A stretch of DNA of 64,000 bases, taken from contig OY970340.1 in assembly GCA_963717465.1 (NCBI GenBank), forward strand, positions 2,400,001 through 2,464,000, given 5' to 3'. Shown in pieces: positions 30,111-40,952 of the stretch. How positions within the stretch are numbered: the first letter of the stretch is position 1; each line of letters opens with the position of its first letter. Both the position numbers and the translations under genes were made by a program. Source of the stretch: Candidatus Bathyarchaeota archaeon. GTDB lineage: Archaea; Thermoproteota; Bathyarchaeia; Bathyarchaeales; Bathycorpusculaceae. The notes below the pieces were generated by a model, which saw nothing but the letters and a program-made list of their open reading frames with translations, was not told the DNA's origin and searched no databases.

Positions 30111-30451
30111 ATCTCATAGACACAGGCGTATTAATCGACATGCTTAAGCAAAAAAGGTACAATCCTGGAGCTATCTCGCCTTTAACATTGATTGAAGTTC
30201 TAAGGGGAATCGACGAAAAGAAAAGAATAAGGGTGAAGGAACTGTTAGAAGAAAGTTTTGCCGTAGTAAACTTGGATAATGCCATCATCGTGAAATACTG
30301 CGACCTTTATTGCAGACTAAAAAAAGAAGGCAACCTAATACCAGACGCCGACCTCTTAATCGCAGCCACGGCATTAGCTCACAATCTGATACTAGAAACA
30401 ACCAACGGGCACTTTCATCGTCTGAGAGATTTGGGATTAAAAGTCAAGTAG
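30107..30451 (+). CDS. vapC: VapC PIN-domain toxin
   Basis: LIDTGVLID...E...DADLLIAATA...TTNGHF. Confidence 0.9.
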   Translation: MNLIDTGVLIDMLKQKRYNPGAISPLTLIEVLRGIDEKKRIRVKELLEESFAVVNLDNAIIVKYCDLYCRLKKEGNLIPDADLLIAATALAHNLILETTNGHFHRLRDLGLKVK

Positions 30452-30459
30452 AATTTAAA

Positions 30460-30543
30460 GTGCACTGGTGGAGATTTGAGTCCACAACCCGCTAGCGATA
30501 TGGTCCTAAGCCCTACTCCTTTGACCAGACTTAGCGCAGATGC
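30460..30543 (-). pseudogene. Degenerate tRNA-Leu(TAG)-like sequence
   Basis: Minus strand: D-loop AAGTCTGGTCAAAGG, anticodon loop CTTAGGA, variable arm CGC-TA-GCG, T stem GTGGA/TCCAC; bulged acceptor stem; no GTTC. Confidence 0.65.
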
Positions 30544-30574
30544 AGTCTCCCAAAAGACCGCCGATGTCGCCAAA

Positions 30575-31348
30575 TCATGAAGTTTGTTCTTCGGCTAATA
30601 ATGCTGCTCCTAAAGCGCCGTTTATTTGGGGTTCTGGTGGGGCGAAAACTTTGTATCCAAGAATTTTTTCAAGGGTCATTTTCATTCCCAAACTTTTTGC
30701 TACACCGCCAGTGAAAATCACGTCATTTTGCAATCCAACTTGTTTTGCCATTCCCAGCATGCGTTTAGAAATAGCTTCATACAGGCCTGCAACTATGACC
30801 TCGCGTTTTTCTCCTTGGGCTATTAACGAGACAACCTCTGACTCTGCGAAGACCGTGCACATGCTGCTGATTATCGCTGCTCGTTCAGCGGAAGCTGCCA
30901 GTTCACTAAGCGATTGAATAGCAGTATCCAAGGTCCTAGCCATGACTTCCAGAAACCTTCCTGTCCCAGCAGCACATTTATCATTCATCAAAAAATTGCT
31001 TATCCGTCCATCCTCGTCAAGGCTGATCACTTTGCTGTCTTGTCCTCCAATGTCAATGATCGTTCGGGCGCTTGGAAAAAGGTGCCTTGCACCCTTAGCA
31101 TGCGCTGTAATCTCGGTAACAACACTGTTCGAAAAATCAATATTCCTTCGACCATAACCAGTTGAAATTATCCTGGTCAAGTCAGAACGAGTGATGTTCG
31201 CGGCAGCCAAGGACTTGTTTAAGGCGTTTTCGGAAGCAGCCTTGACGTTTGCGCCTGTATTAACGATTGAATAGGCTAAGGTTTCTTTGTTCTTGAGAAT
31301 GACGGCTTTTGTCGCTGCTGCTCCTGCATCGATTCCTGCGAAAAACAA
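30575..31348 (-). CDS. ATP-dependent activase/reductase (HgdC/DCCP-R family)
   Basis: GIDAG, TGYGR, DIGGQDSK, MNDKCAAGTGRF, CTVFAESE. Confidence 0.95.
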   Translation of the reverse strand: MFFAGIDAGAAATKAVILKNKETLAYSIVNTGANVKAASENALNKSLAAANITRSDLTRIISTGYGRRNIDFSNSVVTEITAHAKGARHLFPSARTIIDIGGQDSKVISLDEDGRISNFLMNDKCAAGTGRFLEVMARTLDTAIQSLSELAASAERAAIISSMCTVFAESEVVSLIAQGEKREVIVAGLYEAISKRMLGMAKQVGLQNDVIFTGGVAKSLGMKMTLEKILGYKVFAPPEPQINGALGAALLAEEQTS

Positions 31349-31379
31349 TTATGCTCTATCCAAAAAAGGGATTGATTGG

Positions 31380-32681
31380 TTATTTTTTAGTTTGGATCAT
31401 TTCTATAAATGCGTCGATGCGTGTGCGGATTTGTTCTGCGTCTTCCATAGTGTAGTCTGTTTCAATTTTTAGCATTGGTAAGCCTAATGCTTTCATTTCT
31501 TTTGCTACTTTGATAGCTTCGATATTGTATGTGTGGCAGAATTGCAGCGTGTAGTACAGCATGCCGTCTGCGTGGAATTGTTTGGCTAAATTCTTAACGC
31601 TAACTAAACGTGAATCGTTTGGAGTGAAGCAAGCGCAGGGAATTTTGGAGTATTTTTCAACGAGAGCTTTTAGCAAATCGTTAAGGGTGTTGCCTTTTGG
31701 CTCGACTAAGTCTGTGAAGTATCTTGTTCCTGTGCAGCTTTCTTCAACTACGATGGAAGCGCCTGCAGATTCAGCAATGCTGTGCACTTTCCAGTTAGGA
31801 ATCGCCATTGGACATCCCGAAAGGGCAAGTCGCGGTGCAGTCTTGCTTGTTACGCCTTCACCTTTCTTGACTCTTTGCTCAAGTTCATCGCACAGTTCAT
31901 TAACTTTGCTCGTGAAGCGTTTGGCATCATCGTAGAAACTTATCTGCATAACTATCAAAGCATCCAACCCGCTGATTGGCGAGGGAATATTTTTTCTCAA
32001 ATCAGACAAACGTTTAAGCGCTTTTCTCTTATCGTTAATTAGCTTTATTGATTCTTTCAGTTTTACAGGTGTTATTTTGTTTCCTGTTGTCTTTTCCAAC
32101 ACTGATTTAAATTCTTCCAGTTCCTTTTGCCACAAGTTTCTAGCTTGGGCTGTATCGGGTTTATGTGGAATTTCCATAACATGCGTTGGTACATGCTCAT
32201 TAAGAAGTTCATAAACTTTCTTTTTGCCGTCGCACGTTGTTTCGCCGACTACGATATCGCATGATTGGAAATACGGGCATGTGCGGCCAATTTTGAACCC
32301 ATAGAACGATTTTATTAGCGGGCACATGTTTCGGGGCAAAACTGTTTCGGCATCAGGAACAGAGAACTGAGCGCCTCCGCATAAGCCTACCATAGTAGCG
32401 TTTGCTGCGTATGCAAGTTCTTCAGGGGCATAAAGGCAAAACGCGCCTATCACCTTGTTTCCTGCTTTGCGAAGTTTTGCTAATTCTTCAACTCTTAAAC
32501 CGTGAATTTCTGAGAGAACAAAATCAAAGTAATCCATTTTTTTAGGTCTATTTTTCTGGGTTAAAACGACGTTTGATACTAGTCCAGGTAATGCTCCCAT
32601 GAGCAAACCGTGTTTCTCAAGGTCCATTCCAAGACTTTTCCAAAGTTCAACATACTTCTCTGTCATCCAAAGCACCTTCAA
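31380..32681 (-). CDS. Double-cubane-cluster protein (DCCP)-like reductase, 2-hydroxyacyl-CoA dehydratase family
   Basis: DLEKH...NRP..M.YFD...IHG.RV.EL N-terminus; FC, GLCGG, CPLIKS, CPYF, ETTCDGKKK, EESCTG, CACF, FCH; resembles Carboxydothermus DCCP as recalled. Confidence 0.85.
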   Translation of the reverse strand: MKVLWMTEKYVELWKSLGMDLEKHGLLMGALPGLVSNVVLTQKNRPKKMDYFDFVLSEIHGLRVEELAKLRKAGNKVIGAFCLYAPEELAYAANATMVGLCGGAQFSVPDAETVLPRNMCPLIKSFYGFKIGRTCPYFQSCDIVVGETTCDGKKKVYELLNEHVPTHVMEIPHKPDTAQARNLWQKELEEFKSVLEKTTGNKITPVKLKESIKLINDKRKALKRLSDLRKNIPSPISGLDALIVMQISFYDDAKRFTSKVNELCDELEQRVKKGEGVTSKTAPRLALSGCPMAIPNWKVHSIAESAGASIVVEESCTGTRYFTDLVEPKGNTLNDLLKALVEKYSKIPCACFTPNDSRLVSVKNLAKQFHADGMLYYTLQFCHTYNIEAIKVAKEMKALGLPMLKIETDYTMEDAEQIRTRIDAFIEMIQTKK

Positions 32682-32743
32682 ATGTATGCAGAGTGTAATA
32701 ATAAATTCGCTTATTAATCTTTTTGATTTTAAAAATTAAAAAA

Positions 32744-33052
32744 TTAAATAGCTAATTGACTGATAAAATCAGTCCGAAGAAATCTATTTCTTAAAAGTAA
32801 GCAGCAATTTTTTATTTTAATGGCTTTCTTTATTTTTATGATGAAATCCACTTTTGACTGTGAGGCTTCCACAATTTCATAGCCTTGGTTTTTAGCCCAT
32901 TTTTGAATGTTCGCAAATGCTGGAGCGCAATCTCCTACGACTTCCAAGATTTGCCCAGGCTTCATGCTGTCCAGTTTGCGTTTGGTAAGCGCAACTGGCA
33001 TAGGACAAATTTCTCCTTTAGTGTCAAGCTTTTGATTTTCCACATTACTCAC
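32744..33052 (-). CDS. tusA: TusA/SirA sulfur carrier
   Basis: LDTKGEICPMP motif; C-terminus possibly extended by a frameshift. Confidence 0.9.
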   Translation of the reverse strand: MSNVENQKLDTKGEICPMPVALTKRKLDSMKPGQILEVVGDCAPAFANIQKWAKNQGYEIVEASQSKVDFIIKIKKAIKIKNCCLLLRNRFLRTDFISQLAI

Positions 33053-33417
33053 TAAAACACTATTGTTTTATCACTGATAGCTGTCCAGTCAACAAGTTCA
33101 TTCATAGTTGCTATCTTTACGCCTGCAATTAAATCGTTCTCGGTTAAGCCTCGAGATTGAACGCAAACAACGCAGATTTTCACTTCAAGACCGTCTTTAA
33201 TTAAATCAGCTAGGTATTCGACGATGTTCGCTCCTGAAGCGGCAGACGGTTTTTGGTCTTTCTTTGCAACGTACACGCCATTTTCGATTAAGAAGAGATT
33301 TACTTTATGTCCCTCAAACATGCAGGTTCTGACAAACCTAAGTCCTGAAAATGCCCGCTCCATACCATAAGGGGCTTCGTTTATTATGACTGTGAAAGAT
33401 ACCATAAACTGAGCCAT
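33052..33417 (-). CDS. DsrE/F-family sulfur relay protein
   Basis: APYGMERAFSGLR, FLIENGV, CVVCVQSRG. Confidence 0.9.
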   Translation of the reverse strand: MAQFMVSFTVIINEAPYGMERAFSGLRFVRTCMFEGHKVNLFLIENGVYVAKKDQKPSAASGANIVEYLADLIKDGLEVKICVVCVQSRGLTENDLIAGVKIATMNELVDWTAISDKTIVF

Positions 33418-33666
33418 CCAATTTTTTTATCAGAACTATTAATTTTGCTAATTATAAACATTTTCCAAATTAATCACTTATAGTCGTGTTAACCTTGCAT
33501 AGAAGTGTAAGGAGATTAAGGTCATAAAATCACTAATTCTTCAAAAAATATGGCCAAGTACGATGAAAAAATTGACTGAAGGAATTCCCTGATTGATTCA
33601 GGGCAAATAGTATTATATATAACAATTTATGAATGGTTAATTATCTAGCTTTGGAAGCCAAAATGA

Positions 33667-34576
33667 ATGAGATTTGATTATCTTAAAACTTTCTTGACAG
33701 TTGCCAAAACACGCAGTTTTTCAATAGCAGCCAAGGAGTTAAGAACAACCCAGGGCACAGTAAGCCACCAGATCGCTGCTCTGGAAGAATATTTTGACGC
33801 TATCCTCTTTAAGCGTACAATTAAAGGTGTCGAATTGACTGATGCTGGAAAAATGCTTCAAGAAAGTGCAGAACAAATACTTGGAGAGGTTGAAAGTACT
33901 AAAGCTAAAATAAGCTCAACAAAAGACAAGTCTGCAGGCATAATTAAAATTTCAGCAAGCACTATTCCAGGTGAGCACGTGATTCCTGGGCTTATTGCAA
34001 ACTTTCAATTAAGCTATCCGTATGTAAAATTTAAGATTAAAGCAGAAGACAGCATGAAAAGTCTTGAAAGCTTACAGGCCAACGAAGTGGATTTTGCCTT
34101 TGTGGGCACGTCTAAAGGTTTTAACAGATAAATATGAAGCAATCGAAGTTGAAGAAGACAAACTGGTTCTGATTGTTCCAAGCAACCACGAGTTATCAAA
34201 ACGAAAATCAATCAAGTTAAATGAAATCCTAAAGTACTCATACATTAACCGTGAAGAATCATCAGGCACAAGACAAGAAGTGGAAAAAATGCTGAATGAC
34301 TCAAAAATTCCACTTTCCAGTCTCAACACAAAATTAGAATTGGGAAGCACAGAAGCAGTGATAACTGCCGTTTCAGAAGCAAACGGAGTAAGCATAATCT
34401 CCTCCATAGCCGCCCAAAAAGCCCAAGCAGCAGGCCTAGTCAAAATCGTAAACTTCCAAGACATCAATGCTACTCGTAAACTTTACATGATAAAACCAAA
34501 AAGACCACTTTCACAAGCAGCAGAAGCTTTCTGGGAATTTTGCAAAAAACGTGGACTTAAAAAAACCACTTCTTAA
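33667..34576 (+). CDS. LysR-family regulator, split by one frameshift near 34120
   Basis: N-terminal HTH (SFSIAAKEL..TQGTVSHQI..LE); substrate domain ASTIPGE...REESSGTR continues in the second frame. Confidence 0.85.
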
Positions 34577-34651
34577 TGAAATAAGAATAAACTTTACTTT
34601 TTCAAAAAAAATACGTACTTTATTGTGAAAAAAGAAGTGTTGTTTAGATTT

Positions 34652-34828
34652 TTAAGTTTTCTTTGCTTTGGATGGCTTGCTGGGTTTGGTTTGGGCTTTT
34701 TCAGGTTCTACAGGTTTCATTGGTTCGCCGCAACATACTAACTCGCAAGTTTCACAGCCACATGGGTCCTCAACCATTACTACGAGGCCGCAATCTTCAC
34801 ATTCGTATTTTTCGCCTTTAGTTTTCAA
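34652..34828 (-). CDS. Small desulforedoxin-like Cys-rich metal-binding protein
   Basis: Manual translation MKTKGEKYECEDCGLVVMVEDPCGCETCELVCCGEPMK; AGGTGA SD upstream. Confidence 0.75.
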   Translation of the reverse strand: MKTKGEKYECEDCGLVVMVEDPCGCETCELVCCGEPMKPVEPEKAQTKPSKPSKAKKT

Positions 34829-35137
34829 AAAATCACCTTCCTAAAAATTTGTTCTTAGAAGCCGCAAGATAACAATACACATTCTAAAAATATAAGAATT
34901 TCTAAAAAAAGTATTTTTTAGTTATCCATTTTTGAAAGCAAAAATCCGTGCAGAATATTGTTGAGATATTGCGGTCTGGGTATTCAGCGAATGAAATCAT
35001 TGATTACGTGCAGTTTATATTTTTTCGATGACCAAATGTGATTGTGCCGTCCATGTAGCATTGCTTTTTATAGCTGATTCCTCTTTTTTAAATCAGTGCT
35101 TGTTTTTGACAAGTAAATCGTTAATTCGGAGATTTGT

Positions 35138-35662
35138 ATGAGTAAAACCAACGTCTCAAGTGGCTATAGGGCATTAGAAATAATCATTGGCATCATTGCA
35201 ATCATAGTGGCGTTCTTAGTGTTGTTTTACCCTGGAATTGCCGTTGTAACAGCAGTCTTTTTTTTCGGTTTAGCACTGATGGTCATAGGCATTCTTAGGG
35301 TTGGAACAGCTGCTTTTTCAGCGCTTCCAAAATCAGGAAGATACGCTAACGCGGCAATAGGCATAATAGCGATTATCATTGCAGGCTTAATTTTGTTTTA
35401 TCCAGGGATTTCCACTGGTGTTCTGATTTTTTTGCTTGCGATTGGATTGCTGATTTACGGCATAGGAAGAATGGCAATCGGAGGATCAACAAGACAATTA
35501 GGCGGTGGACTTAGGGCCTTGCTCGTAGCGTTGGGCATTCTAATGATTATCTTTGCAATCATTGTCATAATTTTCCCCGCTGTTGGTCTCATCACTTTGG
35601 CAATACTCATATCCATAGCGTTTCTGTTTTTAGGCATTGACAGCTTGGCAAGTCAGGAATAG
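35138..35662 (+). CDS. HdeD/DUF308-family membrane protein
   Basis: Repeated GIIAIIxxxLxLFYP units; about 6 TM helices. Confidence 0.85.
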   Translation: MSKTNVSSGYRALEIIIGIIAIIVAFLVLFYPGIAVVTAVFFFGLALMVIGILRVGTAAFSALPKSGRYANAAIGIIAIIIAGLILFYPGISTGVLIFLLAIGLLIYGIGRMAIGGSTRQLGGGLRALLVALGILMIIFAIIVIIFPAVGLITLAILISIAFLFLGIDSLASQE

Positions 35663-35770
35663 TCGGTGTACCATTAACATCATAATGCCCTGTAGCAAAC
35701 ATTAAAAACCCAAATTTTTTTCCTACATAAAATTTTAGGTTGTATCTTTTTTCTTGCTTACCTAATAATT

Positions 35771-36773
35771 TTAAATAGAATGAGGGATTTGAAAAAAATT
35801 CTTCTTTAATGCTGTAAATATAGTTTCTTTGGATGCTTCAGATGCTTCTTTAAAGCAGCTTATCATGCAGAATTTATTATCGCACTGCGAGGAATCAACA
35901 GCATCAAGATTCAAGTCTTGCCGTTCCATTAAATTGAATAACTTTTCTTTTTTGTAGCATGGAAAAACGTTTAGGTTGCAGTCAAGCGTTATTATTGATT
36001 TACCCGCTCTGCAAGGGTATTTTCTGGGTAAACCGTCAAAGGATCTAAGGATTTCTCTTAGATAGCATGAGGTGGTTGCTACTTTCGAACCGTTTAGTTT
36101 CATCTGTAAAACTTTTGCCACCATATCTCTTATGTGACGAAGTTGGTATTGTGAATTCCGCAGTTTTCCTCCAACTACGAATGTGCCTTCATTAGAGGAT
36201 ATATAAGGGTATGATAATGCAAAAGGAATACCTAAATCGTCATTAACGTAATTGAAGAACTTTCTCCACATCACTGATAGCCCATTGTGGATTAAGAAAA
36301 GTTACGGCGTAGACTTTCATGTTATAAGATTTTGCTGCCTTGATTGTTTGTTGCGCTTTTGTTGATATTCCTGGAACATGCTTTGCTTCATCCCAAACGT
36401 TTTTGTTGTAATTATCCACGGAGACTGAAAGAACATCTAAGCTTTTGCTCATTTCCTTTAGGTTATCTTCAGGAATCGTGCCATTAGTTGTTATGGAAGT
36501 TACTAGCCCTTTCTTCTTAGCGTAGTTAACTGCTTCAACTAAATGTGGATACAGTCCAGTTTCTCCACCCGTGAAATAGGCCACTGAGAAAGAGTTTTCC
36601 GCTAAAACGTCAATGGCAAACAATAAGTCTTGAAGAGGTATATCAAATGGTTTGGAAGCCCAAATATTGCATCTATCTACGCACTTGGCGTTGCATCGTG
36701 TCGTTACGTGCAGTATAGCAAACTTTGTTTCTCAATGATTTTTGACAAAATTGGACAATAAAGTCTTTATCAT
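35771..36773 (-). pseudogene. Radical SAM/SPASM-like protein with several frameshifts
   Basis: CNAKCVDRC, FTGGE, ITTNG, SVSVD, CRAG...PC distributed across frames. Confidence 0.8.
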
Positions 36774-36924
36774 ACCAATTTTCAGATTCTGCAACCACCA
36801 AAAATAAGATTAAGAAATCGTCTAAATCCGATGAGAAGCAATTTTTCTTTGGAAAAAGCTCGTTATTTATTTATGTAAAATCGCTAATTTAATGATTTGT
36901 TGCAACAACTTGAAGCCTATTTTA

Positions 36925-37631
36925 TCAATATTTTAGTGACTTTTTAAAAGTGGCTAAGGGCTGAAGAATTATGTTTAGTGACTTGCCCATAGTCATGTAT
37001 GATCCAACAGAAAGAATACGCCAACAGCTGCGATGGTGAATCCAAGAAGTCAACTGGTATTTTCCAGCGCTTTTCCCAAGTTGAACTCCATACCAGAATA
37101 GCCAAGCAATGCCGGCTAAATTTGAAATAAACCATGCAAGAGTTTTGTCTTTTAAAACCAAAAAAGGCAGAGCCATTAGAAAACCAACTGCCAGGTAGAG
37201 GGCTATTATTGACAGCCATCCTGAGACTTCATCTTTGGTAATTATTCTGTTATCGCTCGATGGAGGCTTGTGAAACATGTGTGATTATCTGTTGGGCAAC
37301 AGCCTTTTTTCCTTCCTCGTCAAAGGAAGATAAAAATGTGTCGTCTAAGCTTTTCTCGACTTCATTTAAAATGTGCTCTTGTTTAGATAAGGATTTTAGA
37401 AGTCTAAGTTTTTTTCTTGTGTTGTTTCTTTCGATGGAGCTTGGAAATTGCATATATTATTCCATCGATGAAACCCCATCCAGCGCAGGCGCCAAGATTT
37501 ACGACTACAATGTATAGAAAGCCTGTGTTAAGGTTGGATAATGCAACGTAACCGTTGATGATTATGACCATAAGTACAGCGAAGGCTACCTCGCCAGTTA
37601 GGTCACTAAAAGAAAGAGAACTGCGAGCCAA
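36925..37631 (-). pseudogene. VIT1/CCC1-like membrane protein, frameshifted
   Basis: Consecutive TM fragments in three ORFs (AGWGFIDGIIY...LMALPFLV). Confidence 0.55.
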
Positions 37632-37688
37632 TTTGACACGCCTATTAATATTGGTTCGTTCCTCGCTATTAATGGTTTCTTAATGGGC

Positions 37689-37776
37689 TGAACTGGAAAA
37701 GTTGGCTGATTTAAAGAATAAGGGAATTCTAACAGAACAGGAATTTGAGGCAAAGAAAACAAATTATGAAAGTCTA
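37689..37776 (+). pseudogene. SHOCT domain fragment
   Basis: ELEKLADLKNKGILTEQEFEAKK with no intact upstream ORF. Confidence 0.55.
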
Positions 37777-37871
37777 AGTCTGTTTTTCTGGCTCAGACAA
37801 TTGCTGCATATAATTTTTTAATTTTTTGTTTAAAGAATAGTTGGGGGTAAACTTGTTTTTGATTTTGTTTT

Positions 37872-38189
37872 TTAGATGGCTATTTTGATGCGTTTGTAGC
37901 TTCTAGGTATGCATTCTTTAATGTCGGCGCTTGAAGCTATTTCGAGTAAAGTTTTGCTTATTGTGATTATGTCTCCGATGGATGATATGAGTTCAACGGG
38001 CATGCAGACAGTGTAGCTTCCGATTGTTTTTTTGAATCCTAAAGCAACTGCTGCTTTGGTAACTAGCTTCAACTGTAGGTGGGTTATTTGCCATTTTTTA
38101 ATGTCGAACATTATGTCCGTGATTTTTCCAATTTCGTCTCCTTTGAAGCTAACAACTTTTTTTCCAACAAGTTCAGCAACGTTAACCAA
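37872..38189 (-). CDS. PRC-barrel domain protein
   Basis: ELVGKKVVSFKGDEIGKITDIMFD. Confidence 0.9.
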   Translation of the reverse strand: MVNVAELVGKKVVSFKGDEIGKITDIMFDIKKWQITHLQLKLVTKAAVALGFKKTIGSYTVCMPVELISSIGDIITISKTLLEIASSADIKECIPRSYKRIKIAI

Positions 38190-38528
38190 AAAGTTTCACC
38201 AACAAAAAACTTCACTATTATTAGATTCTCAATCCAACGTTATATTGCTTTCGATTCGACAAAATCTCTAAAGTTTGTTTGCTTTTCATGCATGTTAACG
38301 CTTTCAAACAATGATTTCCAATACAAACAGCGGCGTCTTTTTAAGTGAACAGCAATGGAATTTGCCATTCAGGCAAATTTTCCGCCCAGGATTTACGTGG
38401 AATGTTACTAATAATTGTAGTCACAAACTCTTAAGAGGTTTAAAAATTATCAAAAAATGTGAGGTTTAAAATTTTCTTTTGAACCTCGATTCAGAAGAGC
38501 GCTTGCAGCTTAAAGATTAATTCAGGAG

Positions 38529-38855
38529 GTGAATTGGATGTCAAGAACTTTGTCTTATGCCGGATTCATTTTGGCACTAATTGGAAGTATAATACTTATT
38601 ATCGTCGGCATTGCAGGCTTGTTTGGAATATTCTTCTTGATTTTTTATCCCGTGTATGCGTTGGCGTCAGTCTTTTACGGACTTGCAATGCTTATAATAG
38701 GAATATTATGCGCTGTTTCTTCAAGGTTTGTGCATCGTATCGGTCCAGCTATTTGGCTCATCATATTAGCTATAATTGCGATTTTGCTTGGAAGCGTGTT
38801 CGCAGCCTGGCTGATATTGATAGGCGCAATATTAGGACTTATATCGCGACTTTAA
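38529..38855 (+). CDS. Small 4-TM membrane protein
   Basis: Hydrophobic ORF with SD. Confidence 0.75.
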   Translation: MNWMSRTLSYAGFILALIGSIILIIVGIAGLFGIFFLIFYPVYALASVFYGLAMLIIGILCAVSSRFVHRIGPAIWLIILAIIAILLGSVFAAWLILIGAILGLISRL

Positions 38856-39007
38856 ACAAAACGTGGAATTTTCTTTTCATTTTTTACGCAGTCATTTTTT
38901 TTATTTTGAGCTGATGCGTTTGTGCCGCGCGTTTCCTTTAAGAGGTAGATAGAATATTTATGTGGGTGAATTGTTATTTACTTGTAAGTAGGAATCAGCT
39001 CAGGTGA

Positions 39008-39682
39008 TTGGTTGTGGAAGAGAGAAATTACGAGTGGTTTAAAAAGCGTCATAGAAGTAAGGGTTTAGAATTAGCGCATATGCAAATCAGTAAAGCCTTT
39101 GATACAGTAGCTTGGCTGAATAAGGCTGCTAAGAGTTTTTCAGAAAATGATTTTGATAAGACGTTGGAGTATGTTAGGAAGCTTTACACTTCTGAAGAAG
39201 AAGTTGACAAACTTCGGATTCAAGTGTTCAAGGAGTTGTCTACAGGCGCTGCGTTAATGGCTGATTACCGGGAAGACCTTCTGCACGTTGTAAAAAGGCT
39301 TGACACGTTAGCGGATCATACTAAGGATGCGGCTAGATGCCTTGAAATGTTAGGCAAAGCTGTGATTCCTAAGGAGCTTAGCGAAAAAGTTGTTTTCATG
39401 ACATCTAAACTGATGGAAACCGCTCAGGCCCTAAGCAACGGTATTGAAAAAATTTCATCTAATCCAGAAGGCGCCGTAACTGAGGCGAAAAAGGTAAGTG
39501 ATTTTGAACATGATCTTGACATTGAATACCTTAAGACCAAGAGCCTGTTTGTAAAGTACGGTGAACAAGTGAACTGCGGTGCCATGGTAATCTTCGATGA
39601 CTTAATAGAATTCATTGAGCAGGCAGCAGACATGTGTGCAGACACAGCAGACTACATATCAATACTGGCAAGCGGCGAGTAA
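39008..39682 (+). CDS. DUF47/PhoU-like phosphate transport regulator
   Basis: EEEVDKLR, REDL...LDTLAD, EHDLD, EQAADMCAD. Confidence 0.9.
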   Translation: MVVEERNYEWFKKRHRSKGLELAHMQISKAFDTVAWLNKAAKSFSENDFDKTLEYVRKLYTSEEEVDKLRIQVFKELSTGAALMADYREDLLHVVKRLDTLADHTKDAARCLEMLGKAVIPKELSEKVVFMTSKLMETAQALSNGIEKISSNPEGAVTEAKKVSDFEHDLDIEYLKTKSLFVKYGEQVNCGAMVIFDDLIEFIEQAADMCADTADYISILASGE

Positions 39683-39933
39683 CAAAGTTAATTTTTTATC
39701 CTTTGCTCATACAAGGCTAAACAAATTATTGGGCTTTTAAACGATTCAAAATCAAGAATAATCGCACCTTTGATTTAGTCATATTACCTTATGTTCCGTT
39801 GCAGATGTCTTATCTGTCGTTCATTCGGCCTTTTCTATCGTTCAGCATTTTACATTACTATTTGGGATGTTAAAAGTTTTTATTACTGCTTGCTCTGTTT
39901 CATTATGCTCCCTTAAAAAACATGTATCTCGAC

Positions 39934-40012
39934 GGGGCCGTCGTCTAGCTTGGATTAGGATACACGCCTGGGGCGCGTGCGATCCTGGGTTCGAATCCCA
40001 GCGGCCCCACCA
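39934..40012 (+). tRNA. trnP: tRNA-Pro(GGG) with encoded CCA
   Basis: Full cloverleaf: GGGGCCG/CGGCCCC acceptor, CACGC-CTGGGGC-GCGTG anticodon arm, CTGGG-TTCGAAT-CCCAG T arm. Confidence 0.97.
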
Positions 40013-40205
40013 CATTTCTCTAGGATAAAATCAGTTTTAATGCGTCAAAAAAGTTATCTCTAAAACAGGTATAATCCCACAACTACTCGCCGAGTTTTCA
40101 AAGACAAAATATCCGACATCAGACATAATTGCATTAAAGGAAAATTAATCTCATATTGCAGTAGGTGCTCTAAATGAGCAGCAGCATATTGCTGAGTTTG
40201 AAACA

Positions 40206-40676
40206 ATGGCAACCGCCAATCGTGTATCATTGATTGTTCCTAAGACTGAAAACTTGAATGTTGATAGTATTGGAGCTGGCGCAGGAGTTCATAGTCGACT
40301 ATTTGAACTTGGGCATAAAGCAAATTCAATCCTGGTCAGCATGGCCCCAACTAATGAGATGGATCGTTATCTTAATCAGAAATCGCAACGTTGGTGGCAT
40401 ATAAGAACTCTCTTTGAGCAAGATTTAATCAGCATCCCAAACAACCCAAAATTAATCAGTCAATTATCCCAAATGCGATACGAGTTTACAACAACAGGCA
40501 AAATTAAAATTGTAGACCCTGAAGGCAAAAGCCCCGACTACGCGGACAGTTTAATGTTAACTCTGATTGGTATGGTTAGGCCGTCTCAAGGCTCAGGCGT
40601 AGTATTTAGCATTTCCAAAGATGCATTAACAAATAGAAAAAAAGTTTTGGATATCCATGAAAATGAGAAAGATTAG
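40206..40676 (+). pseudogene. Terminase large subunit, C-terminal nuclease fragment
   Basis: NVDSIGAGAGV..RL...YLNQKSQRWW...L..QL...Y....GKIKI...KSPDYADSLML; ATPase domain absent. Confidence 0.8.
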
Positions 40677-40952
40677 TAGCGCTGTTGACGAGAAAAAATG
40701 TAGAGGTTGTAGTAAAAGCTTTCAAGCAAGAACAAAACTGGTTACTGCAAGAAGTGTTTTGGCCGCTTTGTATCAGTCCTGCAGGAATAGCTGCTAAAAC
40801 AAGATATCTGGATAAAACGTCAGACTATAGACATCAAACTTTAGATTTTAAATTTGATTGCATTTTACTTTGATATGCAATTTACTAAATGATTGGCAAT
40901 TAGCAATTTCTTATAGCAAAAATTATAACTGATTCTACAGAAATAGGAATAT

